44,617 bases of DNA from an uncultured Candidatus Peribacteria bacterium (GCA_964478005.1 CAYZGJ010000001.1:1-44617), one strand, 5' to 3'. Numbered from the stretch's first letter, positions 22,969-32,375 are shown. Translations and numbers: made by a program. Notes: generated by a model not told the origin, from the letters alone.

Positions 22969-24149
22969 GAAATCCACAAGAGGAGCGATTTCAGGTAATC
23001 CGTTTCCGGATGAAAGATATTGACGGGGTGATCGAAGGCCGCGCGGTGGCGCTGGAGGATGCGGGCGGTGCGGTTGCATTGCCGTGCCGCGTGGAAGACG
23101 ACGGTCTGGAAGAGTGCGGTGTCCATTTGATACGAGCACGAACAGGTGAGCAACAGCCCGCCTTCTTGTGGCAACAGCTGCATGCCGAGACGGTTCAGAT
23201 CGGTGTAGGCGCGCTTGGCCTGGTCGAGGTCCGTGCTGCGCTTGGCGAATGCGGGGGGATCCAGGATGATGAAGTCGTAGTCGCGGCGGGGAGGATTGCG
23301 CAGGAAATCGAACACGTCCCGCCCATGGATGCCCAGCCTCTCCGGCGCGATGCCGTTCATCGCCGCATGCTCCCGCGCCTGGGCCAGCGCGTCCTCGTCG
23401 TAATCGACGGCGTCGGCGTAGAGCGCGCCTCCGTGCAACGCATTCATCGCGAAGCCGCCGACGTAGCTGAAGCAATCGAGGACCGTGCGGCCGTTTCCCA
23501 GTTCCCGCACGAGCGCGCGCATCTCCCGCTGGTCGAGGAAGAGGCCGGTTTTCTGTCCTCCCTGCAGTGCGATGCGGTACGAGAGGCCGCGTTCCGTGAC
23601 GGTGAGGTCCGTCTCGCCCTCCCCTCGCAGCCATCCCTCGCGATTCTCCAAACCTTCTTTCTTTCGCGCGGGTCCCGTCGATTTCTCGTAGATGCCCGCA
23701 GGCTGCACGAGGTCCGTCAGCAGATCGCCGACCCAGTCGCGCAGCCGGTCCATGCCCAGCGTGGTGAACTGCACGGACAGCACATCGCCGTAGCGGTCCA
23801 CGATGAGGCCGGGGATCGCGTCGCCTTCTGCGTTGATCAGGCGGTACGCCGACGTGTCCGCGCCGGAGAAGAACGATTGTCGCAGGGTGATCGCCTGCCC
23901 GATGGCGCGCCGCAGCAGCTGCAGGGGGTCGCCCTCCTCGAAGGCGAATGCCCGGGCGCAAATGTACGCCTTCGTATTGAGCATGGCGTAGCAGAGGAAG
24001 CTGCCGTCGTGCGCACGCACCTCCACGATCGACCCGTTCTCCGTCCGCGGCATGTCCGCGACGGCGTTCCTGAATATCGCGTGGTGCCGGTTCTTCACAT
24101 GGATCTCGCGGTCGCGTTTCAGCCGGAGCAGGGGGAGGGAGGATGGCAT
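22965..24149 (-). CDS. rlmI: 23S rRNA (cytosine1962-C5)-methyltransferase RlmI-like (PUA plus SAM MTase)
   Basis: 394 aa from ATG 24149. AYRLINAEGDAIPGLIVDRYGDVL, QKTGLFLDQRE, VLDCFSYVGGFA, FIILDPPAF, LLLTCSCS. The upstream part of the listed ORF is spurious. Confidence 0.85.
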   Translation of the reverse strand: MPSSLPLLRLKRDREIHVKNRHHAIFRNAVADMPRTENGSIVEVRAHDGSFLCYAMLNTKAYICARAFAFEEGDPLQLLRRAIGQAITLRQSFFSGADTSAYRLINAEGDAIPGLIVDRYGDVLSVQFTTLGMDRLRDWVGDLLTDLVQPAGIYEKSTGPARKKEGLENREGWLRGEGETDLTVTERGLSYRIALQGGQKTGLFLDQREMRALVRELGNGRTVLDCFSYVGGFAMNALHGGALYADAVDYDEDALAQAREHAAMNGIAPERLGIHGRDVFDFLRNPPRRDYDFIILDPPAFAKRSTDLDQAKRAYTDLNRLGMQLLPQEGGLLLTCSCSYQMDTALFQTVVFHAARQCNRTARILQRHRAAFDHPVNIFHPETDYLKSLLLWIS

Positions 24150-24198
24150 GGATGCGTGACTATAGCGCACGGCGTCGCGCTTTGCTACGATGCGGGCC

Positions 24199-25599
24199 AT
24201 GCCTGCCAACACCCCCCCCGCCCCCGTTACCGACCTGCCGCCCGCTCCCGCCTTCCGCAAGCTCATCGGGCCCAGCTTCATCATTTTGGGACTGGGACTC
24301 GGCAGCGGCGAAGTCATCCTGTGGCCGTACCTCTCCAGCAACTTCGGCCTCGGCATCGTCTGGGGGATGCTCGTGGGGATCACGATGCAGTTCTTCATCA
24401 ACATGGAGGTGGAGCGGTACGCGCTGATCCACGGCGAGAGCGTCTTCGTGGGATTCAAGAAACTGTGGACGTGGCTGCCGGTGTGGTTCCTGCTCACGAC
24501 GTTCTTCGCATGGGTGTGGCCCGGCATCGGCCTGGCGGGAGCGACGCTGCTGGCCCGCGCGTTCGGTATCGATCAGGTGTGGTGGCTGGGCGTGCTGCTG
24601 TTCGTGGGCATCGGGGCGATCCTCACGCTGGGGTCGGTGGTCTACAAGACGGTGGAGCGCCTGCAGATGATCCTCATCGGCATCGGCGTGCCGTTCATCG
24701 TGGCGCTCACGGCCTACCTCGTCACGCTTCCCGACCTCGGCGCGATGCTGGCGGGCCTGGCGGGACAGGGCACGGGGTACGCCTTCCTGCCCGAAGGCAT
24801 CGTCATGGGAACGTTCCTCGGCGCCCTGGCCTACGCGGGCGCGGGGGGGAATCTCAACCTGGCGCAGTCGTTCTACGTGCGCGACAAGGGGTACGGCATG
24901 GGGGCGTACGCCGGACGCATCACGAGCGTGATTACGGGGGGCGGCGCCGCGCAGAAGATCAAATTGACCGGCACGACCTTCCCCGTCACGCCGGAGAACG
25001 TCAGCCGCTTCCGCGCCTGGTGGAAAGTCATCAACATCGAGCACGCGCTCATCTTCTGGGGGCTGGGACTCTTCACCATGCTGACCCTCACGATGCTGGC
25101 GTACGTGACAACCTTCGGTTCCGCCGATAACGCCGAGGGAATGCAGTTCCTTTTCAACGAAGCCGCCGCCATCGGCCTGCGCACCCTGCCCGTCTTCGGC
25201 GTGCTGTTCCTGATCGTCACGGGCATCATGCTGACCGCCACGCAGCTGACGGTGCTCGATTCCACCAGCCGCATCATGACGGAGAACGTGCTGCTCCTGC
25301 ACGGCGGCGATCGCGCCTTCAACGTCTCGCGCCTGTACTACGGCATTCTCTGGCTCCAGATTCTCTTCGGCATCGCGGTCTTCAGCCTGGGCTTCACGCA
25401 GCCCCGGGAATTGATCACGCTGGGCGCCATCATCAACGCGTTCACGATGTTCAGCTACACGGGCATTCTCCTGTACCTCAATAACCGCCTGCTCGCGAAG
25501 GAACTGCGCCCCAGCCTGTGGCGCAACCTGGCGCTGGTGTTTACGTTCTGCTTCTTCGGGATCTTTAGCGTGCTGACGATTCTGCAGTATCTGCCGTAA
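24199..25599 (+). CDS. Nramp-family divalent metal transporter
   Basis: Polytopic protein. GPSFIILGLGLGSGEVILWPY and MQFFINMEVERYAL. ATG 24199 preferred because TGCTACGAT lies 7 nt upstream; the ORF track starts at 24190. Confidence 0.75.
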   Translation: MPANTPPAPVTDLPPAPAFRKLIGPSFIILGLGLGSGEVILWPYLSSNFGLGIVWGMLVGITMQFFINMEVERYALIHGESVFVGFKKLWTWLPVWFLLTTFFAWVWPGIGLAGATLLARAFGIDQVWWLGVLLFVGIGAILTLGSVVYKTVERLQMILIGIGVPFIVALTAYLVTLPDLGAMLAGLAGQGTGYAFLPEGIVMGTFLGALAYAGAGGNLNLAQSFYVRDKGYGMGAYAGRITSVITGGGAAQKIKLTGTTFPVTPENVSRFRAWWKVINIEHALIFWGLGLFTMLTLTMLAYVTTFGSADNAEGMQFLFNEAAAIGLRTLPVFGVLFLIVTGIMLTATQLTVLDSTSRIMTENVLLLHGGDRAFNVSRLYYGILWLQILFGIAVFSLGFTQPRELITLGAIINAFTMFSYTGILLYLNNRLLAKELRPSLWRNLALVFTFCFFGIFSVLTILQYLP

Positions 25600-25678
25600 A
25601 ACGGCATTTCTCTTTTTCCACGGAGAAAGGTGCTCTATAGAGCGTCTGTACGATTTGCTATTGCTATGATCGGGAACC

Positions 25679-26269
25679 ATGAAAGATGATTCCGTTCTCT
25701 TTCTCGGCCAATTCCGTTCTACATCGGCACGGTGTCCGCGGTGGGAGTATGCAAGCGTCGGGTGGTACCTTGTGACGATATGCACACAGGGAAGACGGCA
25801 TTGGTTTGGAGAAATTCGCAATGGTCGCATGTGCGTGTCGGCGATCGGATCCATCGTTTGGCAATGTTGGGAGGCCATTCCGCATCATCATCCTCATGGT
25901 ACGTTGGATCGGTGCATCGTGATGCCGGATCATATGCATGGGATCGTGCACATCATCGGATCATCTTCCGCATCGGGGAATGCATCGTTCATTGAACGTC
26001 ATTCTTCTTGTGATGTGGTAGAGACGCCCCATGGGGCGTCTCTACGATGTGCAAAGAATGACCTCCATTGGAAGAAGGGTGTTTTGGGTGTCATCGTCAA
26101 TCAATTCAAAGGGGCATGCACGACACACATACGACCCCATTGCTCCACATTTGCGTGGCAATCCCGGTTCCACGATCGCATCATCCGTGATAACGATGCC
26201 CTGGAATCCATGCGGCGGTACCTCGATGATAATCCCATGCAATGGGAACGTGATAGCGGCCGCACGTGA
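25679..26269 (+). CDS. REP-associated tyrosine transposase (RAYT), apparently intact
   Basis: WYLVTICTQGRRHWFG, HUH motif MPDHMHGIV, Tyr motif WQSRFHDRIIRD, YLDDNPMQW. AT-richer than neighbours. TGCTATGAT lies 8 nt upstream of the ATG. Confidence 0.8.
   Translation: MKDDSVLFLGQFRSTSARCPRWEYASVGWYLVTICTQGRRHWFGEIRNGRMCVSAIGSIVWQCWEAIPHHHPHGTLDRCIVMPDHMHGIVHIIGSSSASGNASFIERHSSCDVVETPHGASLRCAKNDLHWKKGVLGVIVNQFKGACTTHIRPHCSTFAWQSRFHDRIIRDNDALESMRRYLDDNPMQWERDSGRT
26018..26045. repeat. REP-like perfect palindrome GTAGAGACGCCCCATGGGGCGTCTCTAC inside the RAYT ORF
   Basis: 28-bp perfect palindrome, translated VVETPHGASL. Same element as 493-520. Confidence 0.9.
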
Positions 26270-26278
26270 TTGGCGGCA

Positions 26279-27358
26279 TCAATCCCGCAACGTGTCGACA
26301 TCCACCACCCGGTCATACCGTCTTCCGTCCCAGATCAGGGTGGGGATCTTGATGGTGCGGATGTCCTCCTCGGCGATGCGGCGCTGCTCGTCGATGCGGG
26401 CCAGGATCTCTTCCGATTGCGCGAGCGCCGCGATGCGGTCGATCTGTTGCGGGGCATAGCCGATGTCCGCGAGGAGGCCGTGCAGGGTCTCGATGGCCTG
26501 CGCGCGCGTCATGCCGATGTTGAACCGGTGCTGCAGATCGGAGCCGTCGTTGTCCTCCGGCATCACGAACAGACGCTCGAGCAGCTGCCAGTCGCCGGGG
26601 ATGCCGGACGGATTGTCCGGGAGCGGCACCTGTTTGGCCGCTTCGAGATACCGGGCGCGCAGGAGGCTGTGTTCGAATTTGTACCCGCCCTCCGGCAGCG
26701 GGATGGGGTAGAGCAGGTACGTGACATTGGCGCGGTCCATCAGGCCGGCATCCCGCATGTTGTGCGTCAATGAACGGCAGAACTGGCAGCCCGGATCCAC
26801 GATCTCCAGGGCGTAGGGCTTGGCCGGATCTTCGGGGAAGAAGAAGGACGCCGTCGGGGGAAGGAACTCCTCGGCGTGCCACACCCGCAGACGGTCGGGG
26901 ATGCGCGTCACCGTCTCGCCGAAGCGGACCAGCGGCCCCGCTGCCCACTCGCCCATGCGTCCTTCGCTGGCGGCCTGCCGGATGCCGAGGGTCGCCTGGT
27001 CCACCCCGCATGCCTCCCCGCCCAGCGCGCAGGATTCCACGTTCCGCGGATCGCACGTGCCGTACACCCAGTAGTTGAGGCCGGCATTGGCCACGTACAC
27101 CAGGCTCCAGACGCTCAAGGCGACGAAGGCGAAGGAGATCCAATCCAGCCAGCGGTCCAGGAACTTCGCGAGCCGCGGCATGCGGAAGACCAGCCTGGCC
27201 AGCAGCTTGCCGCGCATTTCCTCACTGAAGCTGATGTCGCACGGCTGGAACGAGAGACGCCGCCACGTGCAGTGCCAGGCAGCCCGGGCCAGCGGGCGGT
27301 ACGTGGCCGAGAAGATGCTGAGGATGGCGAAGACGATGAAGGCGGCGATGCAGAACAT
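26279..27358 (-). CDS. membrane-anchored DsbA-like thioredoxin-fold protein
   Basis: N-terminal TM helices with Cys pairs (CTWRRLSFQPC; CDPRNVESCALGGEAC). CxxC in IVDPGCQFCRSL. cis-Pro loop IKIPTLIWDG. ATG 27358 preferred over TTG 27400. Confidence 0.6.
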   Translation of the reverse strand: MFCIAAFIVFAILSIFSATYRPLARAAWHCTWRRLSFQPCDISFSEEMRGKLLARLVFRMPRLAKFLDRWLDWISFAFVALSVWSLVYVANAGLNYWVYGTCDPRNVESCALGGEACGVDQATLGIRQAASEGRMGEWAAGPLVRFGETVTRIPDRLRVWHAEEFLPPTASFFFPEDPAKPYALEIVDPGCQFCRSLTHNMRDAGLMDRANVTYLLYPIPLPEGGYKFEHSLLRARYLEAAKQVPLPDNPSGIPGDWQLLERLFVMPEDNDGSDLQHRFNIGMTRAQAIETLHGLLADIGYAPQQIDRIAALAQSEEILARIDEQRRIAEEDIRTIKIPTLIWDGRRYDRVVDVDTLRD

Positions 27359-27441
27359 ACAGAAAGGAGAAATGACCAATACCCAAGCACCAATGACCAA
27401 TCGTCAGCGGACGATGATCAACAGAGACAGCATACGTGGCC

Positions 27442-27465
27442 ATTGGAAATTGGAAATTGGAAATT
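27442..27465. repeat. heptamer microsatellite (ATTGGAA)x3.4
   Basis: attggaa attggaa attggaa att, in the 5' region of the DsbA-like gene. Confidence 0.9.
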
Positions 27466-27474
27466 TGACATTCT

Positions 27475-28683
27475 TCAAACCGCTTTCACCACCGCTTCCA
27501 GCGTCGACACAAACCGATCCACGTCCGCCATCGTATTGTGCAGCCCCAGGGAGGCGCGCAGGAGCGGGGGCAGCGTGCGCCGGTGCTGCAGTTCGTAGTG
27601 GCAGCAGAAGTGCCCGCTGCGGCACATCACGTTCTTCTCATCCAGATACAGCGCCAGGCGGTGCGCCTCGATGCCCTCGACGTACAGGCTGAGGATGCTC
27701 CCGGGCTTGCCGTTGACCACCGTGACCTTGGGTATGGCGGCGACCCGTGCGAAGAGCGCGTCCGCCAGCGGATGCTCCCGCTCCGCGATCTTCTGCGTCC
27801 GCAGCCACGCCGCCGCTTCGCGCAGGCCCACGATGCCGCTCCAGTTCTGCAGTCCCGGCTCCAGGACCGCGTGCTCCTCCTCGCCGTGGTGCAGGGTGTA
27901 CGCGTCGCGCTCCACGTCCTCCACCGCGCCGCCGCCCAGGAAGAACGGCTGCAGCGAGCGCAGCAGCGCGCGCCGGATGACGATGAACCCGATGCTGGGT
28001 CCGTACATCTTGTGTCCCGATCCGAACGCCGCGTCAAAGTCGATGGCGCGGAGCCCTGCGGGATCGTGGCCGAAGGACTGCGCCGCATCGAGGAGCAGGA
28101 TGCCCCCCTGCGCGTGGACGTCGCCGGCCAGTTGCTCCGCATTGGGCAGCGTGCGTCCGTCGATGTTCGAGGCGTTATTCACCAGGACGATCGTCCGCTC
28201 CAGCTGCGCCTGCTCGTACACCAGGCTGCCGTTCGTCGCCCGGTCCGGCACCAGTCGTTCCTTCCCGTTGCGCTGCGCCCACGTGAGGGCGGGGAGGAAG
28301 ACGGAGTTGTGCTCGATGGTCGACGTGGCGATGCGGTCGTAGCGGTCGGCGGGCAGCTGATGCAGGACCAGGTTGATGCCGTAGGTGGTGTTCAGGGTGA
28401 ACGCGACGGCATATTCCTTCTCCGATTTGCCGCAGAGCGCCAGGATTTCCTGTCGTGCACCCCGCACCCGCTCGTCCACCCATTTGCCCCACCGGTACTG
28501 CACGCGACCGCCGCACGCATTGTGGTGCAGGGCGTACTCCCGCTCCGCCTCGATCACCGGAGCAATCCGCGGCGTCTGGCAGGCGCTGTCCATGTAGCAG
28601 ACGTCGGCGGGGAGGTGGGCGAACGCCGCCGGACGTCCGTTGTCACCGGCTGCCTGCGGGGATGGTTTGCGGAAGAGGGACAT
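27475..28683 (-). CDS. class V aminotransferase / cysteine desulfurase-like PLP enzyme
   Basis: 402 aa from ATG 28683. YMDSACQTP, TLNTTYGINLV, NASNIDG, DAAQSFGH, GSGHKMYGPSIG (PLP Lys), CRSGHFCCH. Confidence 0.8.
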   Translation of the reverse strand: MSLFRKPSPQAAGDNGRPAAFAHLPADVCYMDSACQTPRIAPVIEAEREYALHHNACGGRVQYRWGKWVDERVRGARQEILALCGKSEKEYAVAFTLNTTYGINLVLHQLPADRYDRIATSTIEHNSVFLPALTWAQRNGKERLVPDRATNGSLVYEQAQLERTIVLVNNASNIDGRTLPNAEQLAGDVHAQGGILLLDAAQSFGHDPAGLRAIDFDAAFGSGHKMYGPSIGFIVIRRALLRSLQPFFLGGGAVEDVERDAYTLHHGEEEHAVLEPGLQNWSGIVGLREAAAWLRTQKIAEREHPLADALFARVAAIPKVTVVNGKPGSILSLYVEGIEAHRLALYLDEKNVMCRSGHFCCHYELQHRRTLPPLLRASLGLHNTMADVDRFVSTLEAVVKAV

Positions 28684-28843
28684 GGATGGTGAAAGTGTAC
28701 AGGACGTCTCCTGTTTGAGAATGCTTTTTCCTCCTGATCGTCCTGTTTGCCACCTTTGCCTGTCGCAACAAAGGTGGCGCCAAAATGCGACCGCGCGCAA
28801 CCACCCCCCTGCGCCGGGCCCCCAGCAATTGAGGATAATTTTC

Positions 28844-28884
28844 TTGAAAAAGTGGGGTTATCACTCTATACTGTCGAGTGACAA
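28844..28884 (+). promoter_or_regulatory. hsp20 promoter with overlapping CIRCE-like inverted repeat
   Basis: TTGAAA (28844-28849), 17 nt, TATACT (28867-28872). TTATCACTC-N9-GAGTGACAA (28858-28884) against CIRCE consensus TTAGCACTC-N9-GAGTGCTAA. Confidence 0.55.
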
Positions 28885-28910
28885 TCTTCTATTTCCTTCC
28901 CCCCATTCCT

Positions 28911-29348
28911 ATGAACCAGATGGTTCCCTGGCGGAGGAAATCCGCCTTCCCGCGGCCCTTCGACGAACTGTTCTGGGACCCGTTCCAGGCATTTGCCGAC
29001 ATGGACCGGCGCATGAGCACGTACGTGCCGGCCACGGACATCGCCGAGACGGACAAGGAGATCGTCGTGTCCGCCGACGTCCCCGGCTACGAGCCCGGGC
29101 AGATCGAGGTCAGCCTGGAGAACGGTGTCCTCACCATCAGCGGCAAGATGCGCGAGGAGCACGAGGACAAGGGCAAGCGCTGGCGCCGGCGCGAGACGGC
29201 CAGCGGCAACTTCCTCGTCCAGTACTCCATGCCCCAGGGCGTGGACGAAGAGGGCGTGACCTGCCGCACCAAGCACGGCCGCCTCACGGTCACCATCCCG
29301 AAGTCCGCCAAGTCGCAGAAGCGGACGCTGCAGGTGGAGGAGGGGTAA
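28911..29348 (+). CDS. Hsp20/alpha-crystallin small heat-shock protein
   Basis: PATDIAETDKEIVVSADVPGYEPGQIEVSLENGVLTISGK...SGNFLVQYSMPQGVDEEGVTCRTKHGRLTVTIPK. Confidence 0.9.
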   Translation: MNQMVPWRRKSAFPRPFDELFWDPFQAFADMDRRMSTYVPATDIAETDKEIVVSADVPGYEPGQIEVSLENGVLTISGKMREEHEDKGKRWRRRETASGNFLVQYSMPQGVDEEGVTCRTKHGRLTVTIPKSAKSQKRTLQVEEG

Positions 29349-29362
29349 AGCGGCGTCGTTGT

Positions 29363-29405
29363 CCGAACGGGAGATTCGGTCTAGGATGACCGGGTCTCCT
29401 TTTTT
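29363..29405 (+). terminator. putative rho-independent terminator after hsp20
   Basis: GGAGA (29370-29374) pairs with TCTCC (29395-29399), with an alternative inner stem CCGAA/TTCGG. Followed by TTTTTT (29400-29405). Confidence 0.45.
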
Positions 29406-29408
29406 CGT

Positions 29409-31142
29409 ATGCTTCTCCTCTCCCGGCTCTTCACCAAGACCTCCAAAGATGCGGCATCCGATGCGTCTAGCCGCAATGCGGATCTGTTGATCCGTGGAGG
29501 ATTCGTGCAGAAAACGATGGCGGGCGTCTATGCCTATTTGCCGCTTGGCTTGCGGGTGCTCACGCGCATCGAACGGATACTGCGGGAGGAAATGGATGCG
29601 ATCGGGCAGGAGGTGTTGCTCCCTGCTTTGGCGCCGACAGAATTGTGGGAACGGACCGGACGGCTCGATTCCGTCGGTGTGCTCTTCCAGGCATCTGCGG
29701 CCAACGACGCATCGAAGAAAACGAACGACGCGCGCTACGTCCTCAACTCCACGCACGAAGAACTCATCACGCCGATCGTGCAGTCCTTCTGCGGCAGTTA
29801 CAAAGATTTGCCTTGCGCCGTCTACCAGATCCAGACGAAATTCCGCAATGAAGCGCGCCCAAAGTCCGGCTTGATGCGCGGGCGCGAATTCCGCATGAAG
29901 GATCTCTACAGCTTTCACACCTCCGAAGAAGATATGCTGCGATACTTCGCGGATGTTGCCATTCCGGCCTACAGGAAGTTCTTCGATCGCATCGGGATCG
30001 GAGATCGCACGGTGGTGGCGCTGGCATCCGGAGGAAGTTTCAGCAAAGAGCCATCCCGCGAATTCCAGACGATCTGCGAGACGGGGGAGGATCATCTCTT
30101 CCGCGTCCCGGGAACGGACACCATCTACAATCGCGAGATCTGTCCCTCGCTGGCGCCTGTGTGGGATAATGGCGCCGAGGAGGAACGACCGCTGGAGCAC
30201 GTCGTCGGCAAGGGCATCATCGGCGTGGATGAACTGGCGGCGTTCCTGAAGATCGAGGTGGAGCGGACGACCAAGACGTTGCTCTTCGAAATCGACAACG
30301 GTGCGATGATTGCCGTAGCCGTGCGCGGCGGATATGACGTGAATGAAGAGAAGCTCCAAGCGGTGCTGGGATGCTCCGCGCTGCGGCTGGCATCGGCGGA
30401 AGCAGTGCGCAAAATCACGGGCGCGGAAGTCGGGTACGCCGGTCCGCTCAATCTGCCTCCCGACGTACGTATCATCTGGGATGATTCGACGCGCGGACGG
30501 AAGAACTTCGAGTGCGGCGCCAACGTCACGCATGAGCACACCATCAACGTCAATTTCGGACGGGATCTGCCGATGCCGGAACAATTCCATGACGTGAAAA
30601 TTGCGAAAGAAGGAGATCTGGTACCGGGGACGGAGACGCCCTACGACGTCTTCCGCGGCAGTGAAGTGGGCAACGTCTTCACGCTCTACACGAAGTTTTC
30701 TTCTGCGTTTGACTTTACGTTCCAGGACAGCGACGGCGTGCAGAAACCCGTGTATATGGGATGCTACGGCATCGGCACCAGTCGCATTCTGGGGGTCCTC
30801 GCGGAGGTCTGCAACGACGAACGGGGACTCATCTGGCCCGCAGCCGTCGCGCCCGCGGATGTTCACATCGTCCCGATTGCCAAGAAGCCCGATGATCCGG
30901 TGCTGCAGGAGGCGCTGCGTATCGCGGAGGAACTGACGAAACTGGGCAAAGAATGCATCGTGGATGACCGCACGGATGCGTCCGTCGGATTCAAGCTGGC
31001 GGATGCCGATCTCATCGGCGTGCCCGTGCGCCTCATCGTGTCTCCCAAGACCCTGGAGCAGCAGGCGGTGGAGTGGACGGACCGCGCCACGGGCCAGACG
31101 GAGATCGTGCCGATTGCGGGGGTTGCCGCTCGGTGCGAGTGA
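29409..31142 (+). CDS. proS: proline--tRNA ligase, bacterial type with INS editing domain
   Basis: 577 aa. GFVQKTMAGVYAYLPLG, FRNEARPKSGLMRGREFRMKDLYSF, GCYGIGTSRILG. C-terminal anticodon-binding domain. Confidence 0.92.
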   Translation: MLLLSRLFTKTSKDAASDASSRNADLLIRGGFVQKTMAGVYAYLPLGLRVLTRIERILREEMDAIGQEVLLPALAPTELWERTGRLDSVGVLFQASAANDASKKTNDARYVLNSTHEELITPIVQSFCGSYKDLPCAVYQIQTKFRNEARPKSGLMRGREFRMKDLYSFHTSEEDMLRYFADVAIPAYRKFFDRIGIGDRTVVALASGGSFSKEPSREFQTICETGEDHLFRVPGTDTIYNREICPSLAPVWDNGAEEERPLEHVVGKGIIGVDELAAFLKIEVERTTKTLLFEIDNGAMIAVAVRGGYDVNEEKLQAVLGCSALRLASAEAVRKITGAEVGYAGPLNLPPDVRIIWDDSTRGRKNFECGANVTHEHTINVNFGRDLPMPEQFHDVKIAKEGDLVPGTETPYDVFRGSEVGNVFTLYTKFSSAFDFTFQDSDGVQKPVYMGCYGIGTSRILGVLAEVCNDERGLIWPAAVAPADVHIVPIAKKPDDPVLQEALRIAEELTKLGKECIVDDRTDASVGFKLADADLIGVPVRLIVSPKTLEQQAVEWTDRATGQTEIVPIAGVAARCE

Positions 31143-31146
31143 TCCG

Positions 31147-31560
31147 CTACCCCGCCACGGCGATACCCGCGTAGGTGACGAGGGTGCCGAAGGCGATGCC
31201 GGCGAGCACTTCCCGGACCGAGTGACCGATGCGGGTGCGCAGCTGCTGCAGGTGCTGGATCCGGTTGAGCATCTCCGCCTGCAAACCGACCTCCCGACGG
31301 AGGCTGACGGCGTCGTACCACACGACCGCCGCCACCGTGAAAGCGATGGCAAAGTCGATGGAAGTGACGCCCCGCGACCGTTCCACGATGATGAGCAGCG
31401 ACGTGACGAAGGCGGAGTGGGAGCTGGGCATGCCGCCCGTTTTGAAGATGCCCGCGTGCCAGCTGCCCGTGCGCAGGTACTCCACCATCGCTTTCGTGAT
31501 CTCCGAGAAGAGCATCACGAGGACGGGGATCAGGAAGGGGAGAGTGCGGAGAAAGGTCAT
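31147..31560 (-). CDS. divergent PAP2 / DUF212 family membrane protein
   Basis: 137 aa. GGMPSSHSAFVTSL and GHSVREVLAGIAFG motifs. Confidence 0.75.
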   Translation of the reverse strand: MTFLRTLPFLIPVLVMLFSEITKAMVEYLRTGSWHAGIFKTGGMPSSHSAFVTSLLIIVERSRGVTSIDFAIAFTVAAVVWYDAVSLRREVGLQAEMLNRIQHLQQLRTRIGHSVREVLAGIAFGTLVTYAGIAVAG

Positions 31561-31580
31561 GGGGACGGAGGAGGGAGAGG

Positions 31581-31708
31581 TTTTAGGTTTTAGGTGATTC
31601 GTTATTTCGATATTTCGTTAGTTCGTTAGTTCGTTAGTTCGTTATCTCGTATCTGGTTACTTGTGTCTTACGTCTCATATCTCACATCTCATATCTCATA
31701 TCTCATAA
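31581..31708. repeat. three adjacent short tandem repeats: (TTTTAGG)x2, (TTCGTTAG)x4, (CTCAYAT)x5
   Basis: 31581-31594; about 31613-31645; 31674-31708. All lie in the 159-bp spacer between 31720-32295 and the PAP2-like gene. Confidence 0.9.
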
Positions 31709-31719
31709 CTCAAGACTCA

Positions 31720-32295
31720 TCAATACATCTGCCTCTCGATCCGTACGGGAATGCCCTCCGCCGTGCGCGTCCGGTACGGACGGCCGGAGCGGAGGTTGCC
31801 GAGGAGCGCGGGCAGGTCCGCCGTGGGGATGGAGACCGCGTGCGCGCGGCCCGGAGCGGCACACCGCAGAGACCACGTTCCGTCTTGCTCCTGTGCTCCG
31901 GTGATCGCCAGCTCCTCGTCGCTCAGGGCTCCTCCGGCCAGCACCTTGTACTTGATGCCGTCCAGGTACACGCCGTCGCGCCGCAGGAGGACGGTTACGC
32001 CGCGCCCGTCCGCTTCCACGGTCTGCGGCCGGTCGAGCAGGGAGCGCTCCGCGCCGGGAGGCGGCGGCTTGAGCGGCGCGGCGATGATGACGGTGGTGCG
32101 AGGGGCGGGCGGGGGGGGTGGCCGGCGGGCAGGAGATGCCCGCTGCACGGGCGGCCGTTGCCGGGGGGCCGCCGTCCTGCGCGCCGTCTTCTTCTCCGCG
32201 GCGGGCTTCACCGTTTTCCGCTTCAAAAACGCCCGCACCCGCCCGCGGAGCGTCTGCCGCTTGGAGGGGGCCGGCGAGCGGGGGGAGGGGGGCAT
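31720..32295 (-). CDS. hypothetical protein with basic Pro-rich N-terminus
   Basis: 191 aa from ATG 32295. High-GC codon usage like the backbone. No recognisable motif. Confidence 0.5.
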   Translation of the reverse strand: MPPSPRSPAPSKRQTLRGRVRAFLKRKTVKPAAEKKTARRTAAPRQRPPVQRASPARRPPPPPAPRTTVIIAAPLKPPPPGAERSLLDRPQTVEADGRGVTVLLRRDGVYLDGIKYKVLAGGALSDEELAITGAQEQDGTWSLRCAAPGRAHAVSIPTADLPALLGNLRSGRPYRTRTAEGIPVRIERQMY

Positions 32296-32375
32296 GGATG
32301 CTAATGAGGTATTTTCCTGATGTGGAAGAAGGAATGCAATGTGTGATGAAGGGATTGCATGGTCCCGTACGGCCT

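Noticed and set aside
28878-28910. GTG 28878 as a leaderless start of hsp20 (MTIFYFLPPIP extension).
   Set aside because: It lies only 5 nt from the -10. The extension is not sHSP-like, and ATG 28911 gives a typical small-HSP N-terminus.
29409-31142. proS looks somewhat less GC-rich than its neighbours, suggesting horizontal transfer.
   Set aside because: The impression is by eye only and the difference is modest. There are no flanking repeats or mobility genes. Proper composition statistics are needed before any claim.
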